Assembly: GCF_009914755.1 (NCBI RefSeq)
Contig: NC_060928.1
Length of the DNA stretch: 64,000 bases
Direction: 5' to 3' (one strand)
From: the human T2T-CHM13v2.0 reference genome, Homo sapiens
The notes below the pieces were generated by a model. That model was not told the origin of the DNA. It was given only the letters and a program-made list of their open reading frames with translations, and did not search any database. The position numbers and the translations under genes are program-made. Of the stretch, positions 55,570 to 64,000 are shown piece by piece; the first letter of the stretch is position 1; every line of letters begins with the position of its first letter.

Positions 55570-56260
55570 TACCCCTTCCATCATTGGTTATGTGAATCCC
55601 TACCTAACACTAATTATTCTGTATCATCCCATGCATGCACATATACTGTATACTATATATCTATATATTTATAACAATATATTGTATTGCTTTGGATGTT
55701 ATCATGGTGTATGAGCCATTGGTAACTTTTTTTTCATTCATTCTTCTACTTCCAATAAAATAGTGTTTTCATCTTCCCTATCCTTGTCAACACTTACTAT
55801 TACCAAATGTTTTGATTATTTTTTAAAGCAATGAGACTATCATTTTAACTTTATTTAAGAAGTCTTATTGTGCAGAAATCTTTTTTTAATTAAAGATAGT
55901 AATTGGTAGACATTTCTTTTGTAATTTGTATTTTTGTGTCCGTACTCTGCCATGGTAAAAGCATTCTTTTTTCTTTCCTCTAAAGGTTAAAAGTTTTTCT
56001 TGTCACATTTAGGAATTTAATCCATTTGGAAATTTTAAATCTATCCTAAAAAATCTGAATGTAGTATTTTCCCAATAACCTCAACTTTAGTAAACAATTA
56101 TTTTTCACAAATTGTAGGAATCTTCAGACACATCAATTACCTATTTTTATGTGGGTCTCTTGTAAAAGTATTCAAGCTATTTCATTGGTTTTTATGCCTA
56201 ACACTGTTTCCATTGTTATGGCTTTATTATAAGTTCAAACGGTGGCTTGCCAGTTATTTA
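55570..56260 (-). mobile_element. Ancient L1ME fragment
   Basis: ccctatccttgtcaacacttactattacc and T-rich antisense ORF2-like text. Confidence 0.45.
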
Positions 56261-56299
56261 CTATTGTACATAGAAAGTAGCAAGTATCTTAGATTAGAC

Positions 56300-57116
<817 letters not shown>

Positions 57117-57129
57117 TTAGAAAGATATG

Positions 57130-58370
57130 TGTCAGGCTACCTATGAGCCAACCAAAGGCATTCATAATTTTTGTAACGTTCTTCTCAATATCTAGCATTT
57201 CCTTTTGCTTTTTTATTTTACATTGTCCATTTCTTCTGGCATGTCATCCACTTTTTCCATTAGAGCCATTGGCATATTGATTGTAGATTTTTAAAACTCC
57301 TAGTCTGATAATTCCAAAATCTTTTTCATATCTTGGTCTGCTTCTGATGTTTGCTTTGTCTCTTCAGACTGTGTTTTTTGCCTCTTAGATTACTTTGTAG
57401 TTTTAGTTGAAAGCCAGATATGATGTATGGAGTAAAAGAAACTGAGGTATATAGGCATTTAGTGTGAGATTTTCTATTTATGTGGCTGAATTAGGCTGTA
57501 TTTGCTGTTTTCAGTCACTGTGATATTAGAGGCTAGAATTTTAATGTTTTTTTATTATTATTTTGTCTATTGTCTTGGAATTTTTTTCAGAAACCCCTTC
57601 TTCAAGCAGGATCTTAGTATTGCAACTCTTTTGGCTATAATCCTCTATTATACAATATTGATATGGTGGTAAGGTGTGGGAAGAGGGAAATCATACTTAG
57701 TCCTGTAATTCAATCTCAGTCTTTTAGTAAGCCTGAGTTCGTTCCTACCCTTTCTTCATGTTTTCAAAATCTACACAGGAACTGCAGTTGAGCATTTTCC
57801 TTCTCCCAGATTGGTTAGGCTTTGGTGCAACTCCAGTCATTAGGCTTTGCTAAAATTGTTCCCCTCAATGAATAATGAAGGTCTTATTAAGGAAAATAGA
57901 GAGCTCTGGGCGTATTTCAAAATGGTTCCTTTTTTCCCAAGCCCTGCCAGAAGCACTAGTGGAATTTCTTCCCAGATCTTCACAGTGAGAATTTGATAGG
58001 GTTCCTGGAAGTAAAACTTGCAAAAGTGTGGTGGGGTCTTCCTAGGACTGGAAACCCTCAGTTTTACATTTTCATATTTACGCACATACAGCCTCCAGCA
58101 ATTCATCAACTACAGTTTGAAGTGTTCTTACCAGTACTGGCTTCAACTGCTCCAGGGCTTCTGCTCTTGGAAAATTGTGCTGCTCTGTACTCCCCCGTCT
58201 ATCTTTCTAGTCTGAAGGGCAGCAGTTTGCCCTGTGACCTCAGATCTCTGATGGATGTAATAAATGCTGATTTTCAATTTGTTCAGCTTTTTTATCATCT
58301 TGAAGATGACAGTGAGGACTTCCAATTTGTTATAAAGCCAGAAACCAAAACTTGCATTATTCTTTTGAAT
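57130..58370 (-). mobile_element. Old L1M ORF1-start/5' region (antisense)
   Basis: cacttttccattagagccattggcatattga...tctgataattccaaa...ttgctttgtctcttcagact, the reverse of text seen at 45800-45960. Confidence 0.65.
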
Positions 58371-58912
58371 AGCAATTTCTGACTTGTTACTAATAAAGAC
58401 TGAATAAAGAAACATGAGCTGTCAAGTAAAAGTGAACGTGTGATCTAGGACCCATTAAGAACTGTGTTCTCTGACATGTCAAGTGGTAAGTTGAAGTGTG
58501 CATAGCTGTAATCCATCTTTTAAGAGAAAATTCAACATAAAAATAGCTTTTTTAAATATTGGCAGTATCTTTATAAAGGGCTCAATATGATTGACATCTT
58601 ATGTCTGAACATTTTGATTTTGACCACAAAAAGCCATTTTTCTGAAAGAATCAAAAATAGTCTAGAAGTTGTGTGATGAAAATTAAACTCAGGAGTGAGA
58701 ACAGGAACGCAGTGGTGGCTCTGGTATGGACACACTATACAGATTGGACTTTGGCCCAATCATGTCACATATCTTTTCTTAACGTATAGGAGATTGCTGC
58801 AATGCAAGCAATGAAGATATAGAAAGCCCCACTGAAATTTATTTGAGGTCTCATGACCCTCATCCTTGGGAGGACTGTTGAGTCTATGGAGAATGTCCTA
58901 AATGTCTTAGAG

Positions 58913-59233
58913 CAGCGGTGCCCCACCTTTTTGGCACCAGGGACTGCTTTCATGGAAAACAATTTTTCCATGCATGAGGCTGGGGGCGATGATTCAAGCG
59001 CACCACATTTATCATTAGATTCTCATAAGGAGCGTGCAACCAAGATCCCTCGCATACGCAGTTCACAACAGGGTTCTCATTCCTATAAGAATCGAATGCC
59101 AACGCTTCCCTGATGGGAGGCGGAGTTCAGGCGGTGATGCTCACTGGTCCATGGCTCACCTCCTGCTGTGCAGCCCAGTTCCCAGCAGGCTACTGACCAG
59201 TATGGTTCACAGCTTGAGGGTTAGACATCCCTG
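58913..59233 (-). mobile_element. MER1B (hAT-Charlie)
   Basis: cagcggtgccccacctttttggcaccagggac...catccctg; perfect 8-bp TSD TCTTAGAG (58905-12, 59234-41). Confidence 0.92.
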
Positions 59234-60221
59234 TCTTAGAGTGATGTCTCTCTAAATTTCTCTGCCCCTTCTCCAGCCTTCTCCAGAAGGCCAGCTGTCT
59301 TGTATATAGGAAGACCTTGCCTTCCATAGAGGGAATATCTCTTAAATCTCCAGATGATATCATAGTGAAGACTCACGTGTTTAGACTTACCTTCTGGCTG
59401 TAGCATCCTAGTCCTCCAATTTCTTATGCCAACCTATACATAGACATTAAAAGTCACAGAAATCTTTAGTTGTTTCCTCCTAATGCCTGCCGATAGTGGA
59501 TTCTTCCTTCTCCCACTTTACCACCAGGGAAGAAATCAGTCCTTAGTCTCATCTTTCTGAAGAAGCTAGTTGATTTCTGAAACGTGGGTTTGTAGATTAC
59601 TCTTTCTCTTCAGCTTTCAAATGGACTTTAACAACTATACCTATACTCTTTCCTTTTTTAGCTTGTTTTTGCTATTAGACTAGAGTGAGGTTTCTTTCTG
59701 TCTCTAAAAGAAAAGTGGAAATTTATGCTATAAGACGTTTACTTATTTAAAAAATTATCAAATACTTGTAATTCTAAAAACATTAAAAAATTAAGTTCAA
59801 CCTCATTCAGCATTTTCTACAAGTGATGTTATATTCTCTCCATTCCACATAGAAAAAGAGAGTTTATTCATTGACAATGTTCTCGTGGCATTTTCTTCCT
59901 GTGGTGCAGAATTATGTGATTTGTGGTTTTCCATCGAAACCTCTTTCTCCTGCCTCTAAGAGTGCTTTCCATCATGTGGCTTTTTGATTAATGTGCTCTC
60001 TGGAGTAGTTAATTTTATTAAAGCTACTCTTCACTTTGCAAGGCATTTTTCTAATGAAGTGATTTTAAGTAATTTGACTTTGTAACATCTGGAGATGCCT
60101 TCAAACTCACCCATTGCATTAGAATGTGCACAGAAGGTAAGTTTTTTATTCTTTCTGATAGGTGAGTTTAGAGTCATAGATTTCACATTCATTGATGTTA
60201 TTAAAATTATATGGGTTTTCT

Positions 60222-60488
60222 ATTTTGTTTTGTTTCATTTTTCCAGACAAGATCTCACTCCACCACCCAGGCTGGAATCCTGGGCTCAAGTGATCCTCTC
60301 ATCTCAGCCTCCTGAGTAAATCTGGACTTCGGGTGCACACTACATGCCTGGTTATTTTTATTATTTAATTTTTTTGTAGAGACAGTGTCTCACTATGTTG
60401 CCCAGGCTGGTCTCAAACTCCCGGGCTCAAATGATCCTCCTGCCTCACAAGGTGCTAGGATTACAGGTGTGAGCTACCAAGTCTGGCC
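60222..60488 (-). mobile_element. AluJ with internal deletions
   Basis: cctgggctcaagtgatcct, cactatgttgcccaggctggtctcaaactcc. Confidence 0.85.
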
Positions 60489-60689
60489 TTTTCTCAGTTT
60501 TTGGAAAGTCCACTATACTTAATCATTTTTTTGAGAATTTGATTTTAAATATCAATAAGTTTTCATGGTATGTAATTATACACATAGAAGTACAACTCAA
60601 TGTTGTACTTTAAGGCTAAAACTAGCCTTTAAGAGTTAGAGAAGTGTTATTGGTTTAGTTTCAATAGGCCATGGGTCTCCGGAAATTAT

Positions 60690-61088
60690 TTTTTACAACA
60701 CTCTATGCTATAGATCTCATTGAACATTGGATCATATACTTTTCAGATAAGTATGATCTTCATGAATATGATGCAAAATAGCCAAAATGGATGGCACACA
60801 CCCAGTAGGTTTGTGCCACAGCTGGGAATCCCTCGATTATGAAATTTGAAATCTTTTGAGGAGGCTGCTAGCATATCTGCCAAACCTTACTCCAAAAGAC
60901 ATTATATTTATTATGCTGGTCAAGATATTATTCTGTCCTCTGCTTTGAAAAGAGAAAACTATTTGTACATAGTTGTTTTGCTACAAGAAAAATTCTTAAA
61001 ATGATAATCCATTACAAAATCTGTCAATGCCCTTTCTTTACAAGATGTGCAGAAATGCAAGAGATCCATGGGGAATTGCTTCTCAGCA
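60690..61088 (-). mobile_element. Solo LTR (LTR47-like)
   Basis: reverse starts TGCTGAGAAGCAATTCCCCATGGATCTCTTGCATTTCTGCACATCTTG; family from memory, left end uncertain. Confidence 0.5.
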
Positions 61089-61385
61089 TATGACTATTGC
61101 TGTATTATTTTGCATTCTGCCATTTTTTATGCTAATCTTATTTTTTCCATAAGTTAGTTCTATTTTACCTGTGTAAACACAGGTGAAATATTCAGTTTTC
61201 TTTGACGATTAACATAATTATTAAAAGAATTATATTAACTTTAAAAGTATAGACTTTTTTAAATTTACCATTTATTTTTGAAAAATGAAAGAGATGGAAT
61301 TATCTTCATGAGCTTGAACTTCTCTTGTAGTTTAACATTTTTTTGTACCTAGCAAGAATTAACCTAAAACAACACACTGACACTG

Positions 61386-61718
61386 TTTTTTATTTTTTTA
61401 ATTATTATTTATTTATTTTTTGTTTTTGAGATGGAGCCTCGCTCTGCGGCCAGGCTAGAGTGCAGTGGTACGATCTCGGCTAACTGCAACCTCTGACTCC
61501 CTGGTTCAAGTGATTCTCCTGCCTCAGCCTCCCGAGTAGCTGGGATTACAGGCAGATGCCACCATGCCCAGCCAATTTTTGTATTTTTTTTTTTTTTTTT
61601 TTTTTTTAGTAGAGACAGGGTTTCACCATGTTGTCCAGGATGGTCTTGATCTCTTGACCTCTTGATCTGCCAGCCTCGGCCTCCCTGGGATTACAGGCTT
61701 GAGCCACCACGCCTGGCC
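61386..61718 (-). mobile_element. AluSc-like with expanded middle A-tract
   Basis: ccaggatggtcttgatctcttgacctc; long T run at ~61586-61607. Confidence 0.85.
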
Positions 61719-62855
61719 ACTCTGCTTTATTTTTCCATGTATATTGACACTACTCTCATATTAGATTCTGGAGAAATTGAAATTACTACTCAAAAGCATT
61801 AAAAGCAAAAGACTATTTAATCAGAACTGCCAGCTAGAGGGCCTACAAAATAAAATTTTCAAGTAAGATAGCAACAGCGTAAGTAAGAAGAATAAAACAG
61901 GTTCTGTAACTTGTATAAATGATCCTTTTATAATCGTTCAAAGCAACATATTAGAATAATTTGATGTTTAAAACAGAAATTAAAAGCCAAAATCTAAATT
62001 TCCTCTTAATGTTTTCATTTTAAAGAATAATTGTTAATTATATGATATAATTTTAATATATCAGTAAATTACGTGTAGTTTAATATAATACCTATAAATT
62101 ATTGGTCCTAGTGCTCTAAGACCTTTACCTTGATATTTGGGAATTGGAAGATCAAACCCTGCTGTCGCCTCACATAAACTAATGGCCAAACTCCTTTATG
62201 AAGGGATTACTACCAACTAATCATTAGTTCTGTTTAAGTTTGTCGGAAAGTACCAGTTTCTGTTTGTTCTCTTGATATATTTCTTTGAGTTTAAATTTTT
62301 AAAGGAATATAATTAAATCAAATCAGTCTAAGAGACATTTTGTGACAACTAGGGTGTAGAAAAATTGCATTTAGAAAACTAAACAATGCACCAAGATAAC
62401 ATAAGGAGTTTCCCGAGTAATTTTAAAGAGATAATGGGAGTGGAGGTCATTTATCATCCTGAATGTGTTCACAAGTATTCAACAACCTTTTAAATCATCA
62501 AAGTAAATTAAAATGTTGGCTTAAAAGACAAACGCCTATGGATCTTAAATTCACTTGTAGCAACTAAACTCAGAGTTAATTTGGAATCATTTTTCTATAA
62601 AATACATTCTATTATTTACATAACTTAATCATAAATGTAGTTCTCTTCTATCATACCAGCTGTTTAATTAGATTTCTTTGTTAATTGTTTAGATGTAACT
62701 TATTGGATTTTAGAATTAAAATTAAGTGGCAAGGTAAACTATAGTTTTTGCCTGTGAAAAAATCAAATTATTGCAGTAATACATATTTCATCATAATGTA
62801 GACTTAAAGAATAAAACATACTAAAAATATGTCATTGTTTTAATTTAAAAACCTA

Positions 62856-63193
62856 TTTTTTTCTTTGTTCTTTTTTTTTGAGACAGGGTCTCACTCTGTT
62901 GCCCAGGCTGGAGTGCAGTTTTGCAATCTCGGCTCACTGCAATCTCGGCTCACTGCAATCTTGGCTCACTGCAATCTCTGCCTCCCAGGCTCAAGTGATC
63001 CTCTCATCTCAGTCTCCTAAGTAGCTCGGATTATAGGCACACACCACCATGCCCAGATAATTTTTGTATTTTTTGTAGAGATGGGGTTTTACTATATTGC
63101 CCAGGCTTGTCTCAAACTCCTGAACTCAAGCAATCTGCCTGCCTTGGCCTCCCAAAGTGCTGGGATTACAGACGTGAGCCACCGTGCCTGGCC
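62856..63193 (-). mobile_element. AluJb-like with internal 16-bp triplication
   Basis: ggctcaagtgatcctc; (gcaatctcggctcact)x3 at ~62923-62970. Confidence 0.88.
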
Positions 63194-63224
63194 AATGTTT
63201 ATTTTTCAAAAACCAAAGATTTAT

Positions 63225-64000
63225 TGGCAAAGACTTCAATTCCTGGGCAAGTCCTGGTGCTGTGCTGGATGTGACATCAGTGCACCGTGGGGGGCATGCG
63301 ACCTAGTGAGACACTAGCTGGGATAGCTAAGGGAGTGCTTGTGCCAGCCCTAACCCAACCCCAGGCAGCGTAGCTTACAGCTCTGGGAGAGACTCCTTCC
63401 TTCAGCTTGAGTTGAACAGAGGGAAAAATAAAGAAGACTTTGTCTTACAACTTGGATACCAGTTGACGCACAGTAGGATAGGGCACCAGGCAGAGTCCTT
63501 AGGCCCCCATTCCAGGCCCTAGCTCCTAGATGACATTTCTAGACACAGCCTGGGCCAGAAGGAACCCACCTTTTTAAAGGGAAGGACCCAGTCCTGGCAG
63601 GATTTATCACTTGCTGACTGAGGAGCCCTCAGATCCTGAATAGTCAGCACCAGTACCCAGGCAGTATATGGGCCTTGGGTAAGACTCAAAGACGTGCTGG
63701 CCTTAGGTGTGACCCAGCACATTCCCAGCTGTCAAGGCTATGGGGAAGGACTTTCTGCTTGTGAAAAGGAGAGGTAATAGTAAAGGGAACTTTGTCTTGT
63801 AGCTCAGGTACCAGCTCAGCCAAAGTGAGGTAGAGCACCATGTGGGCTCCTGGAGTCTCCGATTTCAGGCATTGGCCATTGGATGTCATTTCTGGACCTG
63901 CCCTGGGCCATAGGGAATACCACTGCCCTGAAAAAAAGAGTTCAAGGCCTGGCAGCATTCACCACAAGCTGACTGAAGGAGGGCTTGGTCCTTGAATGAA
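63225..64000 (+). mobile_element. L1M1/L1MA-type 5' UTR with ~350-bp internal repeat units
   Basis: GC-richer; gactttgtctt...accagc...cattctagac...ccctgggcca...gtcctggcag...gctgactga occurs twice (~63400-63640, ~63750-64000). Confidence 0.7.

Noticed and set aside
60588-60629. Two adjacent short hairpins (aagtacaac/gttgtactt; aaggcta/tagcctt); similar 8-bp stems near 21255 and 61166
   Set aside because: Stems of 7-9 bp are expected by chance in 64 kb of AT-rich DNA

Overview
AT-rich, gene-free primate genomic DNA, almost certainly human: it carries an AluYb8 with the diagnostic 7-bp duplication. It looks like a gene desert or deep intron. I cannot support any host protein-coding exon, RNA gene or CpG island. 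The longer ORFs are decayed L1 ORF2 pieces or chance frames over Alu, LTR or low-complexity DNA. The window is mostly layered transposon fossils: L1 of several ages, L2, MIR, Alu/FAM, MaLR and ERVL/ERV1 LTRs and internal pieces, Tigger1/3 and MER1A/B. Many keep readable target-site duplications (TSDs). Subfamily names come from recalled consensus motifs, not a search. The most unusual features are: (1) a ~430-bp inverted duplication of apparently non-repeat DNA (50669-51104 vs 55155-55556); (2) a TSD-flanked SVA2-like element (40228-40406); (3) a 47-bp locally templated insertion at an Alu tail (44361-44407, matching 46328-46374); (4) two fold-back micro-duplication scars (30808-30977, 38631-38755); (5) an ERVL pol relic with its RNase H part inverted and out of order; (6) a close tail-to-tail inverted AluYb8/AluY pair. 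I see no convincing novel gene system. The strongest theme is repeated template-switch or repair-type rearrangement.
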